Shown in pieces: positions 29,774-39,587 of a stretch of 64,000 bases of DNA. The position numbers and the translations under genes were made by a program. Position 1 is the stretch's first letter, and each line of letters opens with the position of its first letter. The notes under the pieces were generated by a model. The model saw only the letters and a program-made list of their open reading frames with translations. It had not been told where the DNA came from and ran no database searches. The stretch covers positions 23,830 to 87,829 of the forward strand of contig JAHFNT010000002.1 of assembly GCA_023267195.1 (NCBI GenBank). The letters are read 5' to 3'. The DNA is from Candidatus Nomurabacteria bacterium (GTDB taxonomy: Bacteria > Patescibacteriota > Minisyncoccia > Phycocordibacterales > UBA9973).

Positions 29774-31063
29774 CTACAAAAAAGGTAAATAAGCTAAGGC
29801 ATCTAAATATGCATTCACTGGAGAAACTGGAAGTCTATAGATACGGCCTCCGCAAGCCACACTGGTCTTGGAAGCCATTTTAGCTGCTTGTGATGCATAT
29901 AAAGAGACATGTAGATGGGGCCCTGTAGTATGCCCGGTATTACCGCTATAACCCACAATCTCTCCCCTTTTTATTGATTCTCCTTCTCGCACTTTAATCA
30001 AAGAAAGATGGCCAAATGTGCTAGATAAACCATTGTTATATTCTATAAAAACAAATTTACCAAAAGATGCACCAGAACAAGTAAGATCAGTATCTCCGAC
30101 ACCAAGCACGGTGCCATCTGCCATCGCCATTACAGGAGTACCGACTGATGCCCTGAAATCCACTCCATTGTGGGTACCAGATGCATAAAGACGCTTGGAA
30201 TCAACAGTTTTACCGAAGAACTGGGTCACAAATATCTGACTAAGCGGCCAACTTAGAACCCGACCAGAAGGAAGTTTTGAGGGATCAAGAATGAACTGCA
30301 ATTGCGCTTCATAATCTCGCAATTCTTTTTCGAATGCATCTCTTTGCGCGATTCTGTCCTTTAATAATTTTTGATAGTTCGCCTCATTATTCTTGGTTTG
30401 CTTTAAAAGTTTATTTTTTTCGTTAGTATTTTGTACGACTATCTTTTGCTGGTCGGAAAGCTGAGATTTTAACTTAGTAAGCTCATTTTTTGCATTTATT
30501 GTTTCTTCTTTAGTATTTTCTAATTCTACCTTTATCTGCTTCAAGTCTATAATTTGATTCCTAATTTTATCTCCTATAGTTATCGCATTGTCTATATCAT
30601 TCCAAATTAGCGAAAAGTTATTCGAAGAAAGAAGGGTTTCTACTATGCTTTGACTTTCAAATTCATTAATCTTTTTCACACTTAAAGCAATGGCTTCAAT
30701 ATTATTTGAAATAGAACTTTGCTTAACACCTATATCTTGACTCAAACTTTGAATTTTTAAATTTGTTTTATCAATTTTCTTTTGAGTTACCGCAATATCT
30801 GTATTTAATTTCTTTTTTGTAAGATCGAGCTCTTTCAGTGAGTTGCTTAAAGAGCTCTTTTGTTTCCCTAGACTATCCAATTCTGTTTGATAAGCAATTA
30901 TTTCTTTTTCTAGTTGCTGTATGTCTAAATCTTTCTGGCTTATTTTGCTGCGAATCTCGTCTATGTTTTGGGCATAGGAAAAAAGAATCGGAGTTATTAG
31001 CATCACTACAACTACTAGATTAAATAGCTTTTTGCAACCTTGAAAGGGTTTCATTTTTACCAA
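29774..31063 (-). CDS. M23-family metallopeptidase with long N-terminal coiled coil (EnvC-like murein hydrolase/activator)
   Basis: A signal/anchor sequence, about 230 aa of heptad-rich coiled coil, and a C-terminal M23 domain (GTHNGVDFRASVGTPVMAMADGTV...GHTTGPHLHVSL). The ORF start overlaps the gltX end, so the real start is probably MKPFQG a few codons in. Confidence 0.8.
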   Translation of the reverse strand: MVKMKPFQGCKKLFNLVVVVMLITPILFSYAQNIDEIRSKISQKDLDIQQLEKEIIAYQTELDSLGKQKSSLSNSLKELDLTKKKLNTDIAVTQKKIDKTNLKIQSLSQDIGVKQSSISNNIEAIALSVKKINEFESQSIVETLLSSNNFSLIWNDIDNAITIGDKIRNQIIDLKQIKVELENTKEETINAKNELTKLKSQLSDQQKIVVQNTNEKNKLLKQTKNNEANYQKLLKDRIAQRDAFEKELRDYEAQLQFILDPSKLPSGRVLSWPLSQIFVTQFFGKTVDSKRLYASGTHNGVDFRASVGTPVMAMADGTVLGVGDTDLTCSGASFGKFVFIEYNNGLSSTFGHLSLIKVREGESIKRGEIVGYSGNTGHTTGPHLHVSLYASQAAKMASKTSVACGGRIYRLPVSPVNAYLDALAYLPFL

Positions 31064-32339
31064 TTATTGAAGCTATAGTAAATGGATCAGGAGATTGGTC
31101 TTTGCCGGAAAGGGCAAAACGCACAGGGTGGAGCAACTCTCCCCTACTCTCCAGTTTATCGGCAATTTTCATCAGTGTATCTTTTATATTTTCTACCGTG
31201 AAATTTTTTTCATCTAATTTTTCTAACTCGCTTATTGCTAATTTTAAATTTTCCTTTATTTTTTCTGCAGGAACGTTTTTGAAAATTAGTTTCTCTTTAG
31301 AGAATTGAGGAGGGTGGAAATATAGATCGAGCTCCCCTCTTTCGGCCATTTCTTTCACATCCCCCCATTTATTTATTCTCTCTAAAATTACCGGCACCAT
31401 TTTTTTTCCTATTTCATTTTGCATGTTTTCTGGTAACCATTCTAAAATATTTTTCTCTATTTCCTCTTTCGGAAGTAATTTTATATGTTCTTTATTCAGC
31501 CAATCTAATTTTTCCGGATTAAAAATTCCTCCACCTTTTTGTACTTTTGAGATATCGAATTTTTCTACCAATTCTGGCAAGTTAAAAATTTCCTGCTCCC
31601 CTCCAGGATTCCAACCGTTGAGCGCCATAAAATTAAGCAGGGCATCAGGTAAATATCCTAATTTCTTGTATTCTATAGCGGGCAAGACAGACTCATCTCT
31701 TTTAGAAAGCTTCGCTCTTTCTTTGTTTAAAATAAGAGGAAGATGCGCATAGATGGGTCTAGGTGCTCCTATAGCTTCTTGAATAAGGATTTGCCTAGCT
31801 GTATTAGGTGCGTGCTCTTGCCCCCTAATTACATGAGTTACACCCATTTCAAAATCGTCTATAACTACAGTCAAATGATACAGTGGCTCATTTATATCTC
31901 TGGCTATTATAAAATCTCCCAAATCAGTAGTATCCACTGTTATCTCCTCCAAAACTAGATCTTTAAATGTAATTTTTTTGTTTGGATTTTTAAATCGTAT
32001 GACTTCTTCTCTCTGGCCCTCTTCGGTCGGTGTTTCTTTCGATAAATAAGCAAATCCTTCATCCATCATTTTTTTTATATACTTTTGATGAATTTCTAAT
32101 CTATCAGATTGTCTAAAGAACATATCGTATTTCAAATTAAGCCAATCAAACAACTCCAAAAACTCGTCTTCGTATTCTCTTTTTGAACGCTCTTTGTCTG
32201 TATCTTCACTTCGTAAAATATAGGTTCCCTTGTTTTGTCTAGCAAAAAGAAAATTAAATAGAGCAGAACGAATACCTCCAACATGGAAATGTCCCGTCGG
32301 GCTAGGCGCAAATCTAGTTACAACTTTATTTTCTGCCAT
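31020..32339 (-). CDS. gltX: Glutamyl-tRNA synthetase
   Basis: VVTRFAPSPTGHFHVGGIRSALFN (HIGH-class motif, HVGG variant) and KLSKR (KMSKS). Confidence 0.9.
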   Translation of the reverse strand: MAENKVVTRFAPSPTGHFHVGGIRSALFNFLFARQNKGTYILRSEDTDKERSKREYEDEFLELFDWLNLKYDMFFRQSDRLEIHQKYIKKMMDEGFAYLSKETPTEEGQREEVIRFKNPNKKITFKDLVLEEITVDTTDLGDFIIARDINEPLYHLTVVIDDFEMGVTHVIRGQEHAPNTARQILIQEAIGAPRPIYAHLPLILNKERAKLSKRDESVLPAIEYKKLGYLPDALLNFMALNGWNPGGEQEIFNLPELVEKFDISKVQKGGGIFNPEKLDWLNKEHIKLLPKEEIEKNILEWLPENMQNEIGKKMVPVILERINKWGDVKEMAERGELDLYFHPPQFSKEKLIFKNVPAEKIKENLKLAISELEKLDEKNFTVENIKDTLMKIADKLESRGELLHPVRFALSGKDQSPDPFTIASIIGKNETLSRLQKAI

Positions 32340-32355
32340 AAAGGCATTTTAGCAC

Positions 32356-33486
32356 CTATTTCTCGTGACTCAAAGCGATATCAACTATTTCTCTAGCGAT
32401 TTTATCTGAGGCGCCGGGTTTATTAAAAGTCTTAGTATTTTGCACCATTTGTTCATAACCTTGTTTGTCATTTAAAATTCTTTCGATTTCACCACTTAAG
32501 ATATTTGCTGTCATGTTTGCTTCTTCTATTACACTGCAGGCGCCAGTTCTAGCATAACTAAAGGCATTTTTCCTAGAGTGATCTCCGTTTGAATTAGTAA
32601 AAGGAATTAAAATTGAGGGCACCCCCCAGGAGGCTATCTCAAAAAGAGTTGATCCGGCACGAGACACAATAATGGAAGCTGCGCCGGCAGCCATTTTTAA
32701 GGCCAAGGGATTCAGATAAGGCATCGGCAGATATCTAGACTTACTTGGATTACCAGAGAGCACTACTTCTGCTTGCCCAGAAACAGTTTTAAAGTTTTTT
32801 ATTCCAGTCTGATGAATAATTTGATAATTGCTAACCAATCTCGGCAATGCATCTAAAATAGTGTTATTGATCAGTTCCGCTCCTTGTGAACCACCCAAAA
32901 TAAAAATGACAGGTAGTCCAGACTCCAACTTAAAATATGACTGCGCTTCGTTTCGCGAAGCCGGATTTTCTATTTCAATTCTTATGGGCTGACCTGTCCA
33001 GGCTACGACTTCCTCTGGGAAATATTCTGCCGCCTCAGGGAAAGATACCGCCACCTTTTTAGCAAAACGTCCCGCCCATTTATTGACTCTTCCGGGCACG
33101 GAATCCGATTCATGAATTATAATTGGAATGTTCAAGATCCTAGCGGCAAAAAGCGTCGGGAATGATGCATATCCCCCTTTACCAAACACCACATCCGGAT
33201 AAATAGAAAACATTTTAAAAATTGCATTAATAACACCAAAAAAAGTTTTAAAAATATCTGAAAAATTCTTTAAGGAGAAGTAAGTACGCATCTTGCCTGC
33301 TTTTATTTCTTCATATACTAGCCTATTTTCAACCAACACCTCTCTGTCGTAGGGGCCATCAGAAATATAATAGAGGCTGGCTCCGATGATGTGTTCTTGA
33401 TCTATTATTTGATTTACTTTTTCCGCAACGGCAATAATGGGATAAAAATGTCCTCCTGTCCCCCCGCCTGTAAAAACTATTTTCAT
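32356..33486 (-). CDS. murG: UDP-N-acetylglucosamine--N-acetylmuramyl-(pentapeptide) pyrophosphoryl-undecaprenol N-acetylglucosamine transferase
   Basis: MKIVFTGGGTGGHFYP, a GT28 fold, and a position in the mraY-ftsW-murG order. Confidence 0.85.
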   Translation of the reverse strand: MKIVFTGGGTGGHFYPIIAVAEKVNQIIDQEHIIGASLYYISDGPYDREVLVENRLVYEEIKAGKMRTYFSLKNFSDIFKTFFGVINAIFKMFSIYPDVVFGKGGYASFPTLFAARILNIPIIIHESDSVPGRVNKWAGRFAKKVAVSFPEAAEYFPEEVVAWTGQPIRIEIENPASRNEAQSYFKLESGLPVIFILGGSQGAELINNTILDALPRLVSNYQIIHQTGIKNFKTVSGQAEVVLSGNPSKSRYLPMPYLNPLALKMAAGAASIIVSRAGSTLFEIASWGVPSILIPFTNSNGDHSRKNAFSYARTGACSVIEEANMTANILSGEIERILNDKQGYEQMVQNTKTFNKPGASDKIAREIVDIALSHEK

Positions 33487-34583
33487 AAATGTTTTTGAAA
33501 TTTAGATATATTAAGTACAATACCTATTGCTGCAAGATACACCATAAGCGAAGTTCCCCCTTGGCTCATAAAAACGAGCGGAACTCCCGTCAAAGGAAAC
33601 ACACCAGTCACAGAAGCGATGTGCATAAACGATTGAACTGTAATGAGTATAACAATTCCATAGACCAAAAGTCCACTAAAAGAATCTGGGGTGCGGTTAC
33701 CAATACGAAAACCACGCAAAATAAAAAGTATATAAAGGAATATTATTGCCACCGAACCGACAAAACCAAATTCTTCACCGAGAACAGCAAAAATAGAATC
33801 TCCTTGAGGTTCTGGAAGATAGCGAAACTTTTGCACACTTTGGCCGAATCCCCTGCCGAAAACACCGCCCGAACCTAAAGCAATGAGCGATTGCTGAATC
33901 TGATAAGAAGACCCTTGCGCATCTTGTGCTGGATTGATAAAAGTTTGCACTCGCTCTTGCAGATAAGGAGTAAAGTAAACTAGAGTCCCAAGTAAAATGG
34001 CTATCCCAATGCCCACGCCTAAAATATATCGAATGGGTGTCCCTGAAACAAACAACATCCCCACACCAGTGACAGTTATTAGGATGAAGCTTTTAGTGTC
34101 TGGCTGTTTGAACAAAATAAAAGCAATTATTGCCAGCATTATGCCAAACGGCAAAATTCCAAATCTAAAATCTTGCACCTTGTTTTTTGCCCAAGAAAGC
34201 CAAGCCGCAAAATAAATAACAAACCCAAATTTTAAAAATTCCACTGGTTGAAACGTAAAAGATCCTAGCTGTATCCATCTTTCCGCCCCCCCATGACTCC
34301 AACCTACGCCAGGTAAAAAAACTGCGGCCGTAATTAAAATTGAAGCCAAAAAAAGAACAAAAGAATAGTTGCGCCAAAATTTATAATTTATCTTCAGGCA
34401 CAAATACATGCACGCCAATCCCAATCCCAAGCCTAAGCCCAGCTGACTGCGTAAAACCGCATAAAAGGTTTGCTCATTCTTTGCTAACACTCCCAAGGAG
34501 GCTGAAACAAAAATAGCAATTCCTACTGCCAGTAGGAGAAAAATGATTATCAAAAAAAATCTGTCTACTTTTTTCTCGTGCAT
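33483..34583 (-). CDS. ftsW: SEDS-family peptidoglycan glycosyltransferase FtsW (or RodA)
   Basis: A polytopic membrane protein of the SEDS family (PEPQGDSIFAVLGEEFGFVG). Its position between mraY and murG favours FtsW. Confidence 0.75.
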   Translation of the reverse strand: MHEKKVDRFFLIIIFLLLAVGIAIFVSASLGVLAKNEQTFYAVLRSQLGLGLGLGLACMYLCLKINYKFWRNYSFVLFLASILITAAVFLPGVGWSHGGAERWIQLGSFTFQPVEFLKFGFVIYFAAWLSWAKNKVQDFRFGILPFGIMLAIIAFILFKQPDTKSFILITVTGVGMLFVSGTPIRYILGVGIGIAILLGTLVYFTPYLQERVQTFINPAQDAQGSSYQIQQSLIALGSGGVFGRGFGQSVQKFRYLPEPQGDSIFAVLGEEFGFVGSVAIIFLYILFILRGFRIGNRTPDSFSGLLVYGIVILITVQSFMHIASVTGVFPLTGVPLVFMSQGGTSLMVYLAAIGIVLNISKFQKHL

Positions 34584-34596
34584 TGTTTTTCCTTTT

Positions 34597-35649
34597 TTAC
34601 CTGCTGATAATTGCTAAAATTATGCCAACTATTGAAAAAATTATAGAAAAAACCCAAAAACGCATCGTCACTTTGTAGGTGGACCAACCAATTGCTTCTA
34701 GGTGATGATGGAGCGGAGCCAGACGGAAAAGTCGTTTGCCATTTCTAAATTTTTTAGACAACATTTGCAATACCACAGATAAAGAGGTAACAACAAAAGG
34801 CATCGCCACTATTGGCAGGACTAAAACGGAATCGGTCAAAAAAGCTAAGGTTGCGAGAGTTATCGTGAGACCCATCATCCCAGATTCTCCCATATAAAAT
34901 CTGGCTGGAGGAATATTAAACCACAAAAAGGCTAGCGTCGCCCCAGCAATAACTCCAGAAAAAGCCGCTATATCTATTTGATCATTAGAGAGAGCAATAA
35001 TTGAATATGCTCCGAAAATTGAAGCGAGTACCCCGCCCGATAGGCCATCAATCCCGTCTATCACCCCGCCCGAGAAAGTTGAGAGCGCCACTATAATAAA
35101 AAATGGAATAATTAAAATACCTAAATAAATTTCTCCGCCGAATGGTATGTGTATTCCCGTCATCCCTAGTTTATAGAAAAACCAAAGACCAATCAAAAAA
35201 GAAACCCCGACAACCAAAAGAGCTTTCCAGGCGCGCCAAGAGTTGTCGTCATGAGCGAATTTTCCACTGCCGTAAATTTGAATTAAATCATCAGAGAGAC
35301 CGATAAGCGAACCAAAGAGAAGCGTAAAGAATGGTATCAAGGTTTGATTCCGGCTTAAAAAATTCATTTTTTCGGTAGTTTCTGCGGGGAACCAAAGTGA
35401 TGCTAAATAAAAAATGAGAGTCGTTAGCAAGACCGATACCCAGATAATTATTCCACCCACCCGTGGCGTTTTCAGTTCTTCTTCTTCGTTGTGAATTTTT
35501 TTAAAATCTTCAATCTTATCTCCGTTTCTCGAATACTTTTTCCACATTTTGTATTTGTAGAAAAAATGAGTAGCTATGGGCGTCAAAAAAAGAGCTAAAA
35601 AGAAAGCCGCAGCTGTAGGAATTGAAATTTTAACTAAATTTAAAAGCAT
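34597..35649 (-). CDS. mraY: Phospho-N-acetylmuramoyl-pentapeptide transferase
   Basis: A polytopic membrane protein with MraY-type motifs (GLSDDLIQI; DGIDGLSGG; HHHLE). Confidence 0.85.
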   Translation of the reverse strand: MLLNLVKISIPTAAAFFLALFLTPIATHFFYKYKMWKKYSRNGDKIEDFKKIHNEEEELKTPRVGGIIIWVSVLLTTLIFYLASLWFPAETTEKMNFLSRNQTLIPFFTLLFGSLIGLSDDLIQIYGSGKFAHDDNSWRAWKALLVVGVSFLIGLWFFYKLGMTGIHIPFGGEIYLGILIIPFFIIVALSTFSGGVIDGIDGLSGGVLASIFGAYSIIALSNDQIDIAAFSGVIAGATLAFLWFNIPPARFYMGESGMMGLTITLATLAFLTDSVLVLPIVAMPFVVTSLSVVLQMLSKKFRNGKRLFRLAPLHHHLEAIGWSTYKVTMRFWVFSIIFSIVGIILAIISR

Positions 35650-35664
35650 ATTGTAATTATAGCA

Positions 35665-37413
35665 TTAATAAACTTCAGCCTGATAACATTTTTCACAGTA
35701 AATAATCTCTGGCCGCTCGGGCGCGTAGCTTGTCTCAAATTCCACCTCACACTTCCCTTCCCCATGGAAATGTTCTATGGTCGCTTGTGGTGAGCCTGCC
35801 GAACCACACATGCATGTCCTGTGCCAGAGCTTGAAAGGATTGCGGCGCTTGAGCCTAGCAGCGTGACGACAATAAAAACATCGCCTTGGAATTGGTATTT
35901 TCATTTTTCGGTAAAATATCAGTTCGTTTGGAATAATCTTGTAGTTGCGTTTGCATTCAATACACACAAGAACTTCTTCCAGAATCGAATCGGAAACATC
36001 ATAGATGCTCTCAGGAACCTGCTCGGGTTTTAATGTTTCTTTCCCAGTTGTGCGTTGAATATTATCTTGCCATTCATAGTTTTTGTTCAACGCTTCTCCT
36101 TTTGTAAGTGGAACTAATTCAGGAGCGTTTGTCTCATTGTAACCAAAATACGAAAGTTCAATCGGATAATATTCTCCATACTTATAAACATTCCCCATTT
36201 TGTCTACGTAAGGCGTTTTATTCATTTGCTCAATAATTTTCGGCACAAGTTCCTCATATTCCTCTTTCATATATTGTTTATTGAAAATGCAATACTTCGC
36301 GTTTCGAAGTCCCACACAGCCGAAGCAATATTTACAATTATGACAATGCTGCGTGTATCTTATATCCTGGCTTTTCACAGAAAAAAGTCCAAATAAATTA
36401 AGCTGTGAATGATCCATCACTGTCCCCTCATAACATTCTTGCGACTCCCCCGTAAGAGTAATGTCAGAACAGTCTTTGTCATCAGTAAATAAGTCGGAGT
36501 ACCTTACATTTTCAGATTTTTTGCCTGTAAAACATTTTTTCAGATTTTTTGACATGGAAATAATGTCCCCAGTACAATTTAGGCTTTGAAAATTCTGAAC
36601 ATCCCGCCTAGGATATCCTAAGAGAAATTCATCAAATTCCTTTTTTGCTTTTTCTACACCAGAAAATGTATCGAGTTCATAGCTTTTTAAAATTTTCTCA
36701 TATTCTTCTTTCGCATACTGTGTGTTTTTAAAATGATATTTTTTACCACGGAGCCCTGCACACATAAAACAATCAGAACAATCTCGACAATCATAAAGGA
36801 ACGACGAATCAATGCAAGCAAGACAAATTTCAGAATGTTTTACTTGGTATGAGCGGCTAACCATTATGCATTCATAGAGCCATTCACTTGGAGATCTTAT
36901 TACCATGCAGTCTAAAAAATTTTTGCCTGCTAATACAAAAAAACTATACATTACATTTTCAACATGCCAACCGGAAAAATTCATATAGCAATTTTTTGAG
37001 AACCACCAATCTTGATTGTATTCACAGTTTAAGCTAGCAATACCATCATCGTTTACGATGGACATATGCGGAACTTTTTGCACCAGTTCACGAAATTGAG
37101 CAAAAAATGGTTTTGAAAAATCATAGTCAATTCCATAATCTTTTGCATCCCACTTATCGCTCCACCAGCATTTGTTACAGTAGACAGTCAAACCTGAATC
37201 AGGAGAATATAATGAGACAACTCCCTTGCCACACATATCGCACTTACGATTATAGAGAGACATGTTGTTCCTCCACGCCCAACGTCTTTGTCTCCTACAA
37301 TCAGGGCAAAAAGTCGGTGGCGGAACTTTGATCTTTTCATAAAAGCCAAAATCGTCCGGTTCGATGGTGAAATTTTGCTTGCAATTTTGGCATATTTTAG
37401 TTTCCATTATCAC
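35665..37413 (-). CDS. Cysteine-rich multi-zinc-ribbon protein, paralog P3
   Basis: CQNCKQNFTIEPDDFGFYEKIKVPPPTFCPDCRRQRR; CFMCAGLRGKKYHFKNTQYAKEEY; CFGCVGLRNAKYCIFNKQYMKEEY; the C-terminal ribbon LVCIECKRNYKIIPNELIFYRKMKIPIPRRCFYCRHAAR; ends ...IIYCEKCYQAEVY. Confidence 0.8.
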   Translation of the reverse strand: MIMETKICQNCKQNFTIEPDDFGFYEKIKVPPPTFCPDCRRQRRWAWRNNMSLYNRKCDMCGKGVVSLYSPDSGLTVYCNKCWWSDKWDAKDYGIDYDFSKPFFAQFRELVQKVPHMSIVNDDGIASLNCEYNQDWWFSKNCYMNFSGWHVENVMYSFFVLAGKNFLDCMVIRSPSEWLYECIMVSRSYQVKHSEICLACIDSSFLYDCRDCSDCFMCAGLRGKKYHFKNTQYAKEEYEKILKSYELDTFSGVEKAKKEFDEFLLGYPRRDVQNFQSLNCTGDIISMSKNLKKCFTGKKSENVRYSDLFTDDKDCSDITLTGESQECYEGTVMDHSQLNLFGLFSVKSQDIRYTQHCHNCKYCFGCVGLRNAKYCIFNKQYMKEEYEELVPKIIEQMNKTPYVDKMGNVYKYGEYYPIELSYFGYNETNAPELVPLTKGEALNKNYEWQDNIQRTTGKETLKPEQVPESIYDVSDSILEEVLVCIECKRNYKIIPNELIFYRKMKIPIPRRCFYCRHAARLKRRNPFKLWHRTCMCGSAGSPQATIEHFHGEGKCEVEFETSYAPERPEIIYCEKCYQAEVY

Positions 37414-37447
37414 TATAATATACGACTTTTTTGATTAAAATGCATCT

Positions 37448-38269
37448 GTGTGTTATTGTTTTCAAGTGATTAAATTAGACTTAAAATATAAAGTCCTCCT
37501 GTGTATTTTCATTATTTTACTGCTATTAACTGGCATATTTTTGCTGATGAATTTAGAAACGGAAAGAGAAAAGGAAATTATTTACCAGCAGATTTTGGAA
37601 AAACAGCAGGCCTTGAAGAAGGCCTGGGAAGCGGAAGAAAAAAATTATCTGATGGGTAAATTTGATCCTAGCGCGAGAGGAGACTTCGTTCCTGTACCTG
37701 AAGAATATAATGTGAGCGGATATAAAACATATTTACGGAAAGAAACTTTGGAGGCATTTTTGAAAATGCGGGAAGCCGCAAGTTTAAGTGGAGTAGAACT
37801 TAATATTGCTTCCGCTACTAGAAATTTTAATTATCAAAAGAAACTTTGGAACGATAAGTGGTCAATAAAAGACAACTTTGATGGTTTAGAAAAATTCAAA
37901 GAAATATTAGAGTGGAGTGCTGCTCCCGGAACCTCGCGCCACCACTTCGGCACCGACATAGATATCAACAATGTAAACCCGCCGTACTTTGACTCGCAGA
38001 AGGGTGAGAAGGAATATAATTGGTTGGTAACCAATGCCAGCCAGTTTGGTTTTTGCCAGACCTATAATTTAAAAGGAAACAATAGGCCAACGGGATACAA
38101 TGAAGAAAAGTGGCATTGGTCTTACTTGCCCCTCGCTAGAAATTTTACACAAGAATATAAAGATTTAATTACAGAAGAAGACATTAAGGGATTTTTGGGC
38201 GACGAATACGTTGCTGGACAAAATTTAATCAACAACTATGTCCTTAGTATTAATTCTGAATGTCTTTAG
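37448..38269 (+). CDS. D-alanyl-D-alanine carboxypeptidase, peptidase M15B/VanY-like (LAS superfamily)
   Basis: An N-terminal TM anchor, then ATRNFNYQKKLW...GTSRHHFGTDIDIN (the zinc-ligand SxHxxGxAxD motif). Confidence 0.8.
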   Translation: MCYCFQVIKLDLKYKVLLCIFIILLLLTGIFLLMNLETEREKEIIYQQILEKQQALKKAWEAEEKNYLMGKFDPSARGDFVPVPEEYNVSGYKTYLRKETLEAFLKMREAASLSGVELNIASATRNFNYQKKLWNDKWSIKDNFDGLEKFKEILEWSAAPGTSRHHFGTDIDINNVNPPYFDSQKGEKEYNWLVTNASQFGFCQTYNLKGNNRPTGYNEEKWHWSYLPLARNFTQEYKDLITEEDIKGFLGDEYVAGQNLINNYVLSINSECL

Positions 38270-38804
38270 CCTCTTCCTCTAAATTCTTCGCCGCAATTTC
38301 CACAGAATTATTTATTTCTGAGTATTCTGGCAACTCTTCTACTGATTTCACCCCCATGAAAGATAGTAATTCAAAACTAGGTTTGTATATAAAACGTCGG
38401 CTGTCTTTCGGGTCTGTGGTTTTTTCTACTAACCCGCGGATAGAAAGCGCGCGCAAAGTAAAACTAGAATTTACCCCCCTGATATAATCTATTTCAGAAC
38501 GGCTAGCGCCATTTTTGTAAAGAATAATAGACAAAGTTTCAAGGCTTGCCTTGGAAAGATCTCTGTTTAATTCTTCTTTTTGTAAATCCTCAATTAACTT
38601 GCTCAATTCCGGGGCAGTGCCAAGCATAATTTCATTATCGTTTTCTAAAAGCACAATTCCTCTTTCCTTCAAGCTTTCTTTCAACTGTTCAATCCCTTCG
38701 TTTACTTCAATCTCCCCTACTTTTAAAATCTGCGAAACTCTCTTCCGAGAAATTGGCTCGCCCTTAAAGAAAAGTATTGCTTCTATTTTTTTTGCTAGTT
38801 CCAT
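38250..38804 (-). CDS. scpB: Segregation and condensation protein B
   Basis: ScpB winged-helix repeats: AILFFKGEPISRKRVSQIL...RGIVLLENDNEIMLGTAPE. The gene directly follows scpA. Confidence 0.85.
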   Translation of the reverse strand: MELAKKIEAILFFKGEPISRKRVSQILKVGEIEVNEGIEQLKESLKERGIVLLENDNEIMLGTAPELSKLIEDLQKEELNRDLSKASLETLSIILYKNGASRSEIDYIRGVNSSFTLRALSIRGLVEKTTDPKDSRRFIYKPSFELLSFMGVKSVEELPEYSEINNSVEIAAKNLEEEAKDIQN

Positions 38805-38809
38805 AATTC

Positions 38810-39565
38810 TTAATTCGTAATTTCTAATTCGTAATTTTCTTCAATCTTCTCAAGCACAATATCTTCTGATCCCTCTCTCTGCATTGCATTTATAATCCCC
38901 TGCCGGACAAGCTCAAGCATCGCGAGAAAACCCACTATCACTTCCACTTTCTCTTCGCGCGTGACCACTCTGCCACTATGTCCATGTAAATCTTTGAAAT
39001 TCATTTTTAGCGTCTGCTTGATTCTGTCCGAAAGTTTGTCTATCATCTCTTCAATGCTTATCACTTTCCTCACTTCTACTTCTGGCAAAAATATTTTCTT
39101 GGGAATAGCGTCTAGCACCTCGCGGGCAAAAGTCATCATAGATTCCTTGGTAATCTGCTTATCCGGCAAAAATATTAGAATATCATTCTTTCGCTCCAGG
39201 GGAGCAAAGATTATTCTCCTGCCAAAATTACTTTTTAGATTACCACCAAGCCTGGTAAAGAGCTCATACAAACGAAGCCTTTCTTCTAATTTACGGATAT
39301 CGCCCTCTTCCTCTTTGGTCAAATCAAGATTTGGCAAAAGCGATTTTGATTTGATCAGGAGCAGAGTGGAAGCGACTAGCACAAAGCTTGAAATTTCTGC
39401 CGGTGGCAATCCCCCCAATCTGCCTACGTAACCTAAATAATCTTCGGTCACTTGCGCCAGCGAGACGTCGTTGATAAAAAGCTTTCTTTTTTCTATAAGA
39501 TCAAGCAAAAGCCCAAAAGGGCCTTCAAATCCAGCTATTTTAAGCTTATATGTTTCGCTTTCCAC
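38810..39565 (-). CDS. scpA: Segregation and condensation protein A
   Basis: GFEGPFGLLLDLIEKRKLFINDVSLAQVTEDYLGYV is the ScpA N-terminus, and the C-terminal region (VEVIVGFLAMLELVRQG) is also characteristic. Confidence 0.85.
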   Translation of the reverse strand: MESETYKLKIAGFEGPFGLLLDLIEKRKLFINDVSLAQVTEDYLGYVGRLGGLPPAEISSFVLVASTLLLIKSKSLLPNLDLTKEEEGDIRKLEERLRLYELFTRLGGNLKSNFGRRIIFAPLERKNDILIFLPDKQITKESMMTFAREVLDAIPKKIFLPEVEVRKVISIEEMIDKLSDRIKQTLKMNFKDLHGHSGRVVTREEKVEVIVGFLAMLELVRQGIINAMQREGSEDIVLEKIEENYELEITN

Positions 39566-39587
39566 CCTTATATGCTAACATTTCTGC